Shown in pieces: positions 1 through 13,665 of a stretch of 64,000 bases of DNA. The notes under the pieces are model-generated. The model was not told where the DNA came from. It saw only the letters and a program-made list of their open reading frames with translations, and did not search any database. The position numbers were made by a program, and so were the translations under genes. Within the stretch, counting starts at the first letter, position 1, and every line of letters starts with the position of its first letter. The stretch covers positions 50,508,788-50,572,787 of the forward strand of contig CM120640.1 in NCBI GenBank assembly GCA_051362555.1, in the 5' to 3' direction. Source of the stretch: Lingula anatina. Taxonomy: Eukaryota > Animalia > Brachiopoda.

Positions 1-101
1 CACAAATGTCGAAGGCAAAACGAGTGGTAAATTTAAAAAAATCTTTATTATGAGCAAATAATGAAAAGGCATGTCATTAATAGTTGCATCCAATAACTTA
101 C

Positions 102-132
102 CAGTTATCTGAACATGAGTAGGGGTCCACAT
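102..132 (-). CDS. First coding exon of a class I Rab11 family-interacting protein (C2-domain N-terminus); gene runs off the left edge
   Basis: The minus strand reads ATG TGG ACC CCT ACT CAT GTT CAG ATA ACT G|GTAAGT = MWTPTHVQIT followed by a strong donor. This matches the W-x-PTHVQVT start of RAB11FIP1/2/5 and Drosophila Rip11. Only 10 codons are visible. Confidence 0.75.
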
Positions 133-523
133 ACTAACAAATTCTGAAGCAATCTTCGAAAGTTTTCACTGATCAAAGCTGTCATCTCGGCCTCGACTTC
201 ACTGAATCAAGGACAGATACCTGATTGGTCTCGAAAATGATTTATCAAAATAGTTTAAGTTTAAAAGTATATAAATACGGCTAGAAGTGTAAAAAACAAT
301 GGTATTATATCAAATAAACTTTTAAATATTTGTTATTCTTTAATTAAACTCATCTGATAAAATTTAGTAAACAACACCATTGAATTATTTTGACAAGATT
401 TTGGGAACTAGTCACAAATAGAAGCATTTTGAGATTGCACGTCATGTTGAAGTTTTCCGCTATAACTTTATGATCCTGGTTCATATTTTGTTGCGCCCTT
501 GGTTATTACGTTAGTCAACCTTT
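133..523. promoter_or_regulatory. Putative bidirectional promoter (Rab11-FIP / DNAJC21) with a probable DNAJC21 non-coding first exon ending at 523
   Basis: Divergent gene starts and CpG-containing sequence. There is a + strand donor TTT|GTGAGT at 524. The DNAJC21 ATG exon has an acceptor (TTTTTAG/CAG at 1903/1906), so an upstream UTR exon is required. Confidence 0.5.
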
Positions 524-606
524 GTGAGTATTAGGATCTGATAAAAAAATCGCTGGTAGAAATTAAGTATACCCCAGTAAGTGCAAAAAACCTTTAATGC
601 TACTAG

Positions 607-787
607 CCCGGTGTGGCAGGAATGGTAGTATGGTAGTCCCAGGAACGAAAGTTCGGGGCTCCATATAATCAGTGTGATTAGTGCAGGTTAAGGTTAGTCG
701 GAGTGTTATAAATGGGGCGTATATCACCCGTAAAAACTATGGTGCGGACTACAGTTCCTAGCGGAATACCATTCCTGTTACACCGGG
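607..787. mobile_element. Small MITE-like element with imperfect ~21-bp TIRs
   Basis: CCCGGTGTGGCAGGAATGGTA at 607 matches the reverse complement of TACCATTCCTGTTACACCGGG ending at 787 with 2 mismatches. No TSD found. Confidence 0.55.
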
Positions 788-813
788 TCCAGTATATACA
801 TGTACTGTACATT

Positions 814-1748
814 CACGCTCGGCTGTCACCTTGATTGGATAGTAAACGATTGTCGTAAAATCGCTAAATGATATTAAAACCGGGTGCATAAACTTGAAAA
901 CCACCTACAACAACCTTGGACTACCACATTAATCCAATACAATGCAAAAATAAACTATAACAAGTGGTTAAAGCCTTCAAACCGAATGTCGTAAAGTCCC
1001 CATATACCTCCATAGAGACAATAAAATAGAATGAGCTTCTGAAACAAACCTGATCCAGTTCCAACAGAATAATCGAAATAAAATACTGCCGGGCATCGGA
1101 GCGGCCTAAAACTTGGCACGCTTACCGCTAATACTGCAGGCTACATCATTCCGTCGCTCGTTTGTAAATTCCGTGCATGGCATACGCACAATCAAACCGT
1201 AAAAAACAAATTCTCGGGGTGTCGTTGGCTAGGTCCACGCAACAATCCAATTCAGGAAATGACGTAACCGCAGAGGTCGCATTGTCCAATGGCATGGCTT
1301 CTTTTTCGTAATGGTAGGTTAGAGTGGACCTGGCCAACGACACCCCGAGAATTTGTTTTTTACGGTTTGATTGTGCGTATGCCATGCACGGAATTTACAA
1401 ACGAGCGACGGAATGATGTAGCCTGCAGTATTAGCGGTAAGCGTGCCAAGTTTTAGGCCGCTCCGATGCCCGGCAGTATTTTATTTCGATTATTCTGTTG
1501 GAACTGGATCAGGTTTGTTTCAGAAGCTCATTCTATTTTATTGTCTCTATGGAGGTATATGGGGACTTTACGACATTCGGTTTGAAGGCTTTAACCACTT
1601 GTTATAGTTTATTTTTGCATTGTATTGGATTAATGTGGTAGTCCAAGGTTGTTGTAGGTGGTTTTCAAGTTTATGCACCCGGTTTTAATATCATTTAGCG
1701 ATTTTACGACAATCGTTTACTATCCAATCAAGGTGACAGCCGAGCGTG
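814..1748. mobile_element. Foldback (non-autonomous DNA transposon): 425-bp inverted arms, 85-bp spacer, 8-bp TSD
   Basis: 814-1238 is the reverse complement of 1324-1748 (one mismatch noticed, near the inner end). Termini are CAC...GTG, flanked on both sides by TGTACATT (806-813, 1749-1756). Confidence 0.92.
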
Positions 1749-1914
1749 TGTACATTGCACATGTATGAAATATCAGTTTTTTTACCCACCTGATGTCTCT
1801 TTAGGTGGGTAAGTACCTAATGGCACGAATTGTATGCGTACTGTCCAGTGTCAAAATGACCTCACACTTCACAGATTTAATTTTCCTTTTGTTAAATTTT
1901 TAGCAGTCGAGAAG

Positions 1915-4900
1915 ATGAAGTGCCATTATGAAGTCCTGGGTGTGTCCAGGGATGCTAATGCAGATGACATGAAAAGAGCATATCGAAAACTGGCCCTCCA
2001 GTGGCATCCAGGTACAGTACGCTATAACAGATTTGCTAATTAAGAGAAAATTTGTGGGTATAATTCCTTTGATAAATTTATCATCAGTTTAAAATTTCAA
2101 GCTCAAATTCTCCTTTGACAAGCCAAGGGTTACAAGATTATAAAAATGTGGAAATATTGTAAAATTACAGTATTGTTTCACAGATAAGAATCTTGATAAT
2201 ATGGAGGAGGCAACAATGCAGTTCCGCCTTGTCCAGCAAGCCTATGAAGTCTTGAGTGATCCCCAGGAGAGAGCATGGTATGACAAGCACAGAGAAGAAA
2301 TACTGAGAGGAGGTATAGTTTATTTCTCACTTGCTATACAGGGGCGTAACCAGGCATACGCACGGATGCACTGTGCGTACAATTTTTGAGCCAATCATGA
2401 TATTATTCTCCATAAATTTAGTGTATTTTTCACGGAATATAATTGTACCTGGGAATTTTCAAAATCTGTGCGTACAATTTTAAAAGGTCTGGTTACGCCC
2501 CTGCTATATAATCTCCTTTGCTCACACAATGAAAATGCCTTTGCTTAGGGGATGAAATAAATGAGTATCTTTTTTATTCAAAATTGAGAAATGCAGGTTT
2601 GTTATTATTATCATAGAAGTGCAGTATTTTTCACTTTTCCCATTCTAGGTTTGGGTCAGGGTGCAAAGTATGAAGACAAAAGCCTGAATATATTTCAGTA
2701 TTTTGATTCATCATGTTATACAGGATATGGAGACGATGAAATGGTAATTATATACAATGTAACAGTATACATGAAGAGATTAGATATCAAAATAAGCACA
2801 CAGGTGTTGTTATATATATTTTTGCCTTCAATATTCAATATTTGCCTTCAATGCCTCCAAAAATTGTGACTTCTGGTTTGGGTGTTTATTTTAAATTAGA
2901 TATAAAGGGTGAGGTCCAAAAGTGTTTTTTTTTTTTTTTTTAACATTTATTGTACACTTTGTAGGGATTTTATGCAGTATACAGAGAGGTCTTCAAAACT
3001 ATTGCTGAAGAAGATTATCAATTTATGGAGGACAGAGAAAGTGACGATGAGATGCCTGATTTTGGAAACTCACAGAGTGACTATGATGAGGTAGGATTCA
3101 CATGTGATGTTTGTGCAGCTTTGTTCATTTAAATCTTGCTGCCAGCTGACCTGAAAAACTATGCAAAACATGTATCCTAGTGCAAATGAAAGATTACAAT
3201 TTTTGTGCATAAAACATACTTTTGAATTGCAGTTATGTGAAAGTTTCTATTTTCCTCCTGAAAGTGGCAACATTTTCCAATAATAGTTCCTTTTCTGGTA
3301 GATTGTTAAACAATTCTATGGGTACTGGGAAAGTTACTGCACGGCTAAGTCCTATGTATGGATGGATGAACATGATATACGAGATGCCCCCAATAGGAGA
3401 ATTAGAAGAATGCTGGAAGTGGAAAACAAAAAACTTAGAGATGCTGCAAAGAAGGAGAGAAATGAAGAAGTCAGGGTGAGTGAGAATGTAATGTCATCGC
3501 CTTAAAATTTTGAGAAAAAAATGTTGTTTTAATGTTATTTTACAATGAAATGATGAATTTTGATACATAGTAGTTTTATTGTCTTTTTTTGTTTTGTTTT
3601 AAGGCATTGGTAGCATTTGTAAAGAAAAGAGATAAAAGAGTGCAAGCCCAGAAGGTAGGTTTTTGAAGTGTGACAAGGTGTTGTGTAAGTTTTTACTTAA
3701 AAGAATAACAGTGTGAACAAAAACTTGTTAGATTATTCAGACATTGTTAACAAGTTGTTTGTATTATTGAAAGGTTGTTTCGACTTTGACATACTCTTAG
3801 GAGCATGGATGAGAATCTTTCTTTTTTTTAAATATTTTTTTTATTTATATTTTAGAAAAAGCAAGAAGCAAAGCTTGCAGAACTTGCAAAACAACAGAAA
3901 GAAAGACAAGAAAGACAGAAGAAAGAACGCTTGAAGTTAGTTTCAAGAGTAGACTTAAATGTTATTGAATGTTTGTTATATAATTAAACAATGAAAATTA
4001 AAAATGGAAAATTTTAAAAAATATGCATATTTATTTTTTGACATATAACGAGGTTACCATAACATTGTAATTGTGGAAACTTAATAGCTCTTGTCATTTC
4101 TTAGGAAATTAGAAAATTACCAAGAAGCTGAGTGGTCTGCAATGTCAGCACTGGAAAAGGAACTGGAAAATCTAGAAGCACACTGGGCAGGAGAGCTAGG
4201 GGAGGAACAGTCAGCAGAGGATGAGGGTAGATAATTTTAATTAAATGATAATGTAAATATTAACATTAATACATATTATGAATATAAGTACAATTCTTAT
4301 GTGTTATGTTTGATACGTAATATGAATGAAAGTGCAATTCTTATGTGTCATGTTTGTTAACATAATGATAATGAATTTATGCTGAACATTTGCATTCATA
4401 ACATTATTAGGTGAAAATGTTGTTGGGGAGGGGGATGAAGATTATGAAGAGGAAGGAGATGAATTATACTGTGTGGCATGTAACAAACTGTTCAAGACAC
4501 ACAAAGCGTAAGTAAAAACTGAGACAAAATAATAAGTTTTATATTAGATGTCCCAGTCAAAATTTTTAATAATTAAGGAATTTGGGTTACTATTCAGTTT
4601 TTATTTCTTGAAAATCTTTGTGAAAATTGAGTTTATATCCAGTTTATCAAAGTCTTTTTCACCAAAATGAAAGTCTGTATGTCATTACTACTTCTTTGAA
4701 AAAAACCTCAATTGTCTTAGATATTTTGAGATTGCTGAAGTGCAAAGATATTTTTCTTTTTGATCTGAGAGAAAAAGCTGCACTATTTGAAAAGTAACAC
4801 CACTGCTAAGAGCTACATCTTTTTTGGCACCTTACAGAATGCAAAATCATGAAAATTCAAAAAAACACAAAGAGAATGTGATGTTGCTGGTAGCAGAAAT

Positions 4901-7312
4901 GGAAGAGGATGAAGAGTTGATAAATGCCACAGCTGATGGGACTGTAGGAGAGGAGATAGACAGGGTAGAGAATGTGGATGAAGGGAGTGAGGGGAGTGAC
5001 AGGGTACTGGAGATAGAGACGGCAAAAATTAGAACAAAGTAAGCGAGGATGATTCATCTGTCAGTCTTTCCAGTACATACCTTTGGGTAATTAAGTGAAA
5101 TGCATTGATTTGATTTGTGCATTAAAATCTTTGTGGCTTTGTGGAAAAGGATGTTTCAAATGTTACAATGGCACAACGAGGTTAGCTTGTGTGACCACAG
5201 TATAGCTGTCCAACCAAGGGTAATATAGGTTGGATATCATATGCCTATATGTGTACCCCTGTTGTGTGAAGATGCTAATGAATTACATTTTAAATACCCT
5301 AAAATGTATATCCTTTGATAATGTAATGGTAGACATTCAAGAGTTGCCTTTCAAAGGGTATATTAAACACATTTTATTGTATTAATATAATTTTGTAACT
5401 TACCCAGGAATATGCACTGGCATTCTGCTTACCTGGGCAGGTTTTCTTTATATTAGATTTATTTAAAGATAACATAAAATGATTGTTTCTGTTTTGCAGA
5501 TTATCTAAAAAGCAGAAAAAGAGGAGAAAACAACTAGCACAAGTTGAGAAATTGGTAAGTTTCCGACTTATGTAAGTGTTCTTAACCTGACCTTCGCTGT
5601 TTGATTTGTTATGTACACATAGAAGTCACTTTTTATAGCATTGTCTACAAAAATATCGTGGTTGCTGAGATATGGTTTATTAATTTTAGGTTGTCATAGT
5701 TGAATATATTTAAATTTTAATATTGTTTATTATGAACTCTCGGAGGTCACAAATACTATTGTGTGCACATGTGTCATTATTAAATCAATGCACATAAACT
5801 ATTTACAGATTCTTATCAAATTGTTGACTGTTAACCTTCTGTTAAATTGCAGGAAGCTGGAGATAATAATGTCAGTTCTGTCAATGAGAATACAACCAGT
5901 ACAAAAAAGTGAGTCAAGTCAATGTAATTTTATTTTATAATAAGTGAATTGATCAGTCATTTAAATGTTAAACAGTCAGTAGTGTAATAATTTTTAGATT
6001 ATAAAAAAGTTTTTAAACATTAACATCCATAAAAAACAGCTGAATCATTGCATTAGTCCATTGGAGTTACTCTGAGGGGAAAGTTAATCTGTTACATTAT
6101 ATTTTATTGGATGTGACTGGAAAGCTGTAATTTTCTTAAAAGCCAACTAACTTGTAGGCAGGAAGCAATATCTATGCTTTTTTTTTTTTTCAGATTGTCC
6201 AAGAAAGAGAGGAGACGAAAAAAGCAAGAACAGGAAGAAGAGGTGAGTTGAACAAAATTCTGTGTTATATTTGACATTTCAAGAATATAACTGCACAACA
6301 AAGATACCGAATGATGATGTCTGAATTTAAAGTAATTATGACCAAAACTTGTTTCCACCACACAGGACCTGTCTGACGTGGACCAAGAACAGGCAGTGGG
6401 AGAAAGCATGGTGGATGTGGCACCTTCTAATATCTCAGCAGATGAAATCCAAGTGACTGATGTTGGAGACCTCGGAGTTACTCCATTGGACCAAGCAGCT
6501 AAAACAAATTGTGCAATCCCTAAGTAAGTAAAGATTTTATCAAAAAAGGAATTCTGTGCTAGATGTATTAACCCCATTTAAGGGGGAAATGGTGTTTCCA
6601 ATTGACTGCAAGAGACGGAGAGAGACGGAGACAAGGACAGTTGGTGCCAGTATTTGTTACCCAGTATATTGTACTGGACTTGGTGAACAGAACATGAACA
6701 TGCTTCTGCTTGTCTTACTTCCAACTTACAAGTAACTTACAACCTGATGCATTTGACTAAAATGGATTTTAAGAGATCTGTATAAGATTTAAATAAAAAC
6801 AGAAGGTCATAATTATGTGTTACCTTATTTCAGCACACATGATGACATGACTCATGAGAAAAATGATCAGGAGGTAATGATTTACGATGAAAATGCCTTG
6901 CTTTAACACCTATAATATTTGTTTATTAAAATAACAATTCAAAGTGCATGTTGACAATATTTTTAAGAATTACAATGAAAAGAAGCGCTATTATTGTAAT
7001 TAAAATAATATGCTAAACTATTGTATATATTAAACAGTAGTTTGTAGAGGATGTAGTTTTTTTTTTTTTTTTTTTTTTTTGCTTTGATCTGGTCGTTCAT
7101 ATGTTGTTTAATATTCATTTAAGGAAACAAGTGGCAACCAGCAGCATCAGCAGCATTTTTGCAACACATGTGGCCAGGAGTTTTCATCCAGAAATAAGAT
7201 GTTTCAACACTTAAAAGCCACGGGACATGCACTTAGAATAGACCATCAACAGGACACTAATGTTGTTCCTGGAAAATCTGGAAAGAAAAATAAAAAGAAA
7301 AAGCATAGATGA
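1915..7312 (+). CDS. DNAJC21: DnaJ homolog subfamily C member 21 (J-domain, coiled coil, two zinc fingers); multi-exon
   Basis: [32 protein letters not shown]|DKN (HPD split by an intron), [50 protein letters not shown], and a C-terminal [24 protein letters not shown]. Canonical GT-AG introns; stop TGA at 7310-7312. Confidence 0.95.
2339..2503. mobile_element. MITE, 15-bp TIR CAGGGGCGTAACCAG, 5-bp TSD
   Basis: Perfect TIR pair; CTATA directly flanks both ends; lies in a DNAJC21 intron. Confidence 0.85.
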
Positions 7313-10300
7313 TGACAAACTATTCTCAAATTCTTCTTTTAATGTGTATATATAGGGACATGTCAGGCGAAATCATTTCCAAAATAAAAAATGAAAATGC
7401 TGATGCGACTTTTTGTCTTTGAATACGTGTGAATAACTCATCATTCGCAAACATAAAAAACCTTATCATTTAAATACGTTTTTTACTGCAGTCAATAAAA
7501 AGGCTTCTGAACAGCAAATCATCGCAAAACTTTTATCTGGTTTTAATTAAGAAGTCATGCATTACCTACTGTGAAGAACTGATGGCAATGGGCTTTTACA
7601 CGAAGAACCCGAACGAAGATCGCATATTCAGACATTGTATACAAGTACAACATGAGAAAGCAGCACCTTGTACATGTCATCTAACTAGATTTATAACTAT
7701 ACGCATGCTTGACTTCCACATACCTTCTGCATACCTCTGGCGCACAATATCCCAATTTCTTCTCAACGCACATGGATACAGACTAGCAGTTCCATCTAAA
7801 TATTACTTTGCCTCGTATCTTGAAATACACCTGCCATTTAACTTGTCTGTCTCTCGGTATCTTCACCTCTGCATGAGGTGACAGGAGGTATGGGGCTAAA
7901 ACCGGCATTGTGGAGTGAAGCGTCTCGAAATAGGATCCTTGCCATGTCAAAATCAGATAGGCGTAACATAGCTTAACCTTCGTTTACCGGTTTTCAGCTC
8001 CAGAACCCAAACATTATTAAATCATATTAAATCATTGTATCACATTTAATATTATCAAATTAATATTAGAACTGAAAAAGAACAACTCTTGGGAGGTCCG
8101 TAAGTTACGCTTCTTTGGATTTGGATTTTTTAAAGCACGCTGAATCGGGTAAGAATTAGGAACTAAAATGCACAGAACATTAAAATGATATGCCATCATG
8201 TTGCAACCGGCCCACCAAAACAATATATATATAAAGAGAGAGAGAGGGAGCGCTGAAATACAAATGGCGATTGCGTCGGAACAACAGCATATTAAACTTT
8301 GTTATGCGTAATCAATATCATGATACTGGGACGAAGGAAGGCAATGAACTATACGTACTTTAAAATACAGTTGGTAGTTTTAAAAACAATCTCGTGCATG
8401 TTGGAAATAATGGAATCTCTTAAGATGAGAGTCGCAGTCCTAATTTTAAAACGCATTTCCGTCGTCAGTTAAGGATTCCCTAGCTGATTTTATGATGAAA
8501 TGTCAACATTTAACACAACTCGTTGCTGTACGAGTACTGACGTAAATAGCTCGGTTTTGCCTATCCCAACATTTGATATTCAGAATTATTCAGTAATTTC
8601 TGAGAATCAAATTGCATCATCTGAATTAGAAATCTGTCCACAGACAAAGCCTTCCCTTAATTATTATCAAATTATGGTAAATAAAACCCCACCCGGTGCT
8701 ACATGGGCGAATATCATGTGAGTATTAGTAATTATAGCTTAAAGATAATACAGAATGTGCTAGGGTAGTTCAATTTCCAGACGCAACCCCAATAAAACCA
8801 CCTAATGTTGTACAGGTAGATTTCTCTGAAATACCCATTTCACAGACCGATTTCATTAAAGACGATTAAGAGCATGCATACTGTCCGTGCACTGGGCTGC
8901 AAAGGAACAATAATTTCTCAGAATGTTTTCAAGGCGAGTGAACTAACACAGAAAAAAGCACCGAAAGAATAATGTTCAGAAAAAGGTGTAATAAAGGAGT
9001 GAAAGCATTTATGTAATACAGGTATTGTAAGGTTTATTTCAACCAGGAAATAAGTAATTCCAAAATTCTCTGTCATTTTTTTTCAAGGGGAGATAAAACG
9101 CGATGTGGTGTTTTGCTGCCTATGACGATAAAGAAAGCCTATATATTCTATTTTTTCTTATACTATCAGCGAGGTGTTGTAAAATCGTAGTAATTTGAGT
9201 TCTTACTATTGGCATCCTCACACAAACGAGAATACAAGCATGTTAAGAAAATCTGTCTATTTTGGCTGCAATCAGTACAAATCCATTGAAGCATTTTTAC
9301 AAAATGTAATTTGCCTTTAGGAGGTCGGTGCAGGTATGCTGAGTTTCCACTAATGATTCGCGCACCAACATGTGTAAACAGATAGGTAGCCGTAAGGAAA
9401 CCCGAGAAAATATTTGACTCTAACCTTCAGGTGCACTGAAGTACGTTCCCATCCTGCAGTTATAGAGGCCGTTAATGAGGACTAATGCTACCTGTAGACT
9501 TCACACATCTCGTGCAAGAATCGGGTTTCTCTTAGTGTTTTGTCACAAAATACAGCATAAGAATCAACTTAAAATCTTATTTAAAAAGCAGTGGGTAAGT
9601 ATCTACTCTGAACGTTGAATATCAGCGCAGCGATCTCGCACGGAACCTTTTGTTCCGAACGTACTATCTTGGAAAATCAAAGTCGTATATAAACATGAAT
9701 GGTTGTTTTTTTCTCCTCTATCTTATGCCCAATCAGTCGTTGTTTCTTTCCCATAGTCAGCTTACACCATCTCTCCACTTTGACGTGCCATAATACGCTG
9801 CACTAAAATCCAGCGGAGTGAATGTCGATATAATCAATTTCTGTAATATGCTGCAAGCAGGTTGCTTCGGAGGTGAGGCCCCGGGATTGTATCATAGCGT
9901 CAAGGAAGCATTTATAAATTAGCGCCTAAGGTAGAAAGCCTGATGATATCTCTTAGGGGAGATCTAATTTATACGACTGGCCACCGTAATGAATTTATAC
10001 ACATTAGATGAGAGGATCAACATGCGCAGTTGCATGATTGGCCAATCGACAGGCAAATCGGCCTGATCGGAATCATGCTCACTGACTGGCTTGCTTGTGA
10101 AATTGCTACAGGTACTTAGGTCATTTTATGTTTTACGTGGGAGAGAGATACAGTGTGATCTGTCAAGGTATTACGAATCCCAGAGGGAATTAAACCAGCA
10201 GTCCTTCATAAAAACGTACAGATAACAACTTTCCGCCAAACCAGTAAGACGTAAGTAAATATAAGTTCTGTTTGCACTTGGAAAGTATTTTCACGGAAAA

Positions 10301-12349
10301 TTGAAAGAATCGATCAAAATTCTGTCAGATTACTTCCTACCCAGTTACGGCGGATTTTCTGCGGGGATTACATTGGGAAGACAGGCTAGTTTCTCATTCA
10401 TCCTGCGGATTTATATGTGGAAGGATCCAAAAAGTTTTTACATATAATTTGATACTATACCAGGTAAGTAGTTTGCAACAACTACGCATAGGCTTTTGTG
10501 ATCTTGTGTCAGTTGGTTTTGTATTCCATTACTTCATTTTATCTGGTTATTATTAACGCCTTTGTGTAACTGTGTCAACTAGCAATGCAGAAGTAGCAGC
10601 TCAAGGAAGAAAACTAAAATACCTTACAGAAAAGGCGCTACGAGTCTGGCAGGCAGTTGCCTTAGAATACTTCCAATACCATATTCAACCATAGGAGATG
10701 CATATGCTTTATATGGGGAAGAAATTAAACCAAAGCGTTTGAACGATCTATAGGGGTTGATTTATAGTGATGCGATATGATTTCCATCTCCTTGTATATT
10801 TGGGCAGCCTGTTTGATGTTGTTCGTTCATTATTCAAAGAGGAATTATTCTAAGAGCTCCGAGTTGGCTGCGAAGATACGCCAGCAAAAAACAAAAAACC
10901 AAAAAACATAGAATGCGACAGATATCGTTTTAGAGGTTCCATTACGCTTAAGAGGTGTTTCTACAAAATGGCGCGACCCTCTTGCGTTTATCAGTAAAAT
11001 GTATTTCACTAAAAGGTAGCAAGGCCGACAAGGACTTGAAATCGGATGTCTGCTCCAAGAACGCTGTAAATGAATGTTCTAAATGCATTCAGATACTTAA
11101 CGAGAAGACATCTGGTGTAGAGTCTTAAAATACAATCAATTCACCACGTGACGGCTACGAGATTTGTTCCAAGCATATAAAACTTCTTTGTTTCTTGTGT
11201 GGTGAATTGAAGGTATAGGGGCACTTTTTGTATGAAAAGTGAGTTTGGTAGATTAAAATCATGTGTTGAATATAAAGCAAGTTTAAAGCATTCACACTTC
11301 AATAGTTATAAAAATATGCCATCAACATTCAAGATCACGTACACACTGGTGAAAGGTGGTAATGAATATCGTTCGATATGGACGACTTTCATAAAAATGA
11401 CCGGGAAACATATGGATACAGTGGTCTAAATGATGAATAGGATACAGATGACATTTGTCACCAGGAGAGAAGTATAAAACAACAATTATACCATTCCTTT
11501 GAGTTTTTTAGGCAAAGAATACGCTGACTGTATGCCTTATTGATATAGCTTTCTATAAACATGTGGCTGCTATAACAACGCAATGAATTTGTTTTCAGTA
11601 AAATTACAACCAGAATATAGACGGTGTGTAAAGTTCTGTTTTTATGAAATAAAACCGTTCTTATCCTTTTTATCTGAAGCACATCCTATTCAACAAGTGC
11701 AAATATGTCTAATATCAGAATTAGCACGAGTCCAAAGTAAAATATTTCCCAAATAACCGACCAGCCTTAGTTTTCAGTTGAGTAATGACGGGGGTCAATG
11801 CAACGGGTCTTGGACGCATCTGTTAACTGTGTTTTGACAGGAACTACTAGTAGCTGACTCTGTATATCGCTTTCAGGCGTTTAAGTAAATGAGAAAACTC
11901 CGGTAAAGAGTTTTTGAAACTGATTTACATCATTGCAGCAGACCACATGCAGACGGGGCGGTAAAATGAAACAAATAGACACTATTATATAGCCGTTTTC
12001 TTCCCAAATAATTGATGATAAGTAATCATACATGGAGCAATAATCTCATCAGTTATCTTCAAGTGGACATCTAATTGTCATAAAATACACCTACAGTGCG
12101 ATTTAGTTTTGCAAATCAAATAATAGAAAGTAACTGTAGATTATCAGAAATTATTCGAAACGTGTTTTAGCATATCAAAAATAATGTCCTCAGCTGTAAT
12201 TTAGTAATCTACGAACACGGCAAGTTTTCCAAAGGTGGTTAAAAATGAAGCAAGTGAGAACGTCGCTTAGCTTGTCGAAGAGGATATTATTTACAAAATG
12301 GTTTGGATACATGCGATTTTTCAGATCCAGAAAATGTAGATTATGAAAA

Positions 12350-12390
12350 TATCTATCTATCTATCTATCTATCTGTCTATCTATCCATCT
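12350..12390. repeat. (TATC)n microsatellite
   Basis: About 10 slightly imperfect units. Confidence 0.9.
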
Positions 12391-13484
12391 TGCAGTCCTA
12401 CAGGTATGCTGAAAACACTATTTCCAGAATAAGTGTGTAGTGTTAGTTACGTGTGTCCAGAAATCTCTACATGATCAAGTTAAAATTACCTGGAGTAAAA
12501 ATATATGGAGAAGACCTGACTTTAACAAGTAATATGCCACTGCTCGGAGAGTGGATTTCATGTATCGACAATTTTTCTTGTTGTGGTTGAATAATTCAAA
12601 GGTCATACTGATTTGAAAGAGAAACCACTACCGTTGACTTAAAGTGAGAAAAGGAGCAGTATAATAAACAACAAACCTGGAAATGTAGAAAAGCCTGAAG
12701 CCGATCGCATATCAAACAAAATTGTCTGATATTCCTGCATTCTAAGGCCAACAATCATCAATTGATTAATTTCACAGAATACAGGTTACCCAATGATTTT
12801 ATTACATTATTCCCTGCACGCTGCTTCTTAATGACCTGTAATCCTTTTTGACCTTCGTGGAAATGATAAAATACTAATAATCCCAGAGGAGATGATTACA
12901 TGGTCAGTTACTTTCAAAAATGTTTATATACATAAAACTACAATAAAATCTGCAACCTTCAGAAAACTAAGTTTTAAGTCAATTCGGACAAATGACACAT
13001 CATACCGGCAGCAGTGCATCTGTTCGTTCAGTGTCTTTTCCTATATTACACTTAATGTCGTCACAAAATGTCGATTCTTATGCACCAAAGACATTGATAG
13101 GTGCCATTAAAACGCCAATACACTTTTTATGGCACTTTAGCATGATCATGAAGTCTGTCTTATTCTGATTGCAGTATCAATCAGTGTCGACTAGGCCAAA
13201 AGCCCGGATAGACATAATTGCTCTAATTTAATGTGTTTGGCATATTATTTGAAAAACTGTCATTCTAAATTGCAATCACATAATTCGGACCAGTTAAATA
13301 TTTATCTTTGGTTTATTTTTTTGTTTGAAGGAAATAAGTCTCTGTAACATCTTCGTATGGTCAACTTGTTACCGTCGATCAGGATAGGGACGGTAAAATA
13401 ATCCTTTCGTACTTTTTCAAGTCGATAAACCTCGTTTTCCTAAATAATGACGCAATATAAGTCTGTGTTTTTAAGTCTGTGTTT

Positions 13485-13665
13485 TGAAAGGAAGACCGCT
13501 TAATCCTGTAATGGTTTCTCTGCCTCTCACACGCTTCCCCACGCGTCGTCCCTGCAGAGGCACAGTAATTAAATCTCGGCTCAATTCAACTGGTCGAGGG
13601 ACGACGCGTGTGGAGCCGTGTGAGATGCGGAGAGACCATTGCAGGATTAAGCGGTCTTCTTTTCA
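13485..13665. repeat. Imperfect hairpin/foldback, arms of ~70 bp
   Basis: TGAAAGGAAGACCGCTTAATCCTG...ACGCGTCGTCCCT pairs with AGGGACGACGCGT...CAGGATTAAGCGGTCTTCTTTTCA. No TSD seen. Confidence 0.8.

Noticed and set aside
6104-6577. 157-aa minus-strand ORF
   Set aside because: Antisense shadow of DNAJC21 exons; it crosses introns and has no motif.
2529-6905. ATGAAAATGCCTT motif in two DNAJC21 introns (possible snoRNA box)
   Set aside because: Too short, and no matching C/D or H/ACA architecture found.
7560-7950. 99-aa ORF and possible minus-strand LINE RT trace
   Set aside because: No recognisable protein in the ORF, and the RT resemblance is too degraded to support.
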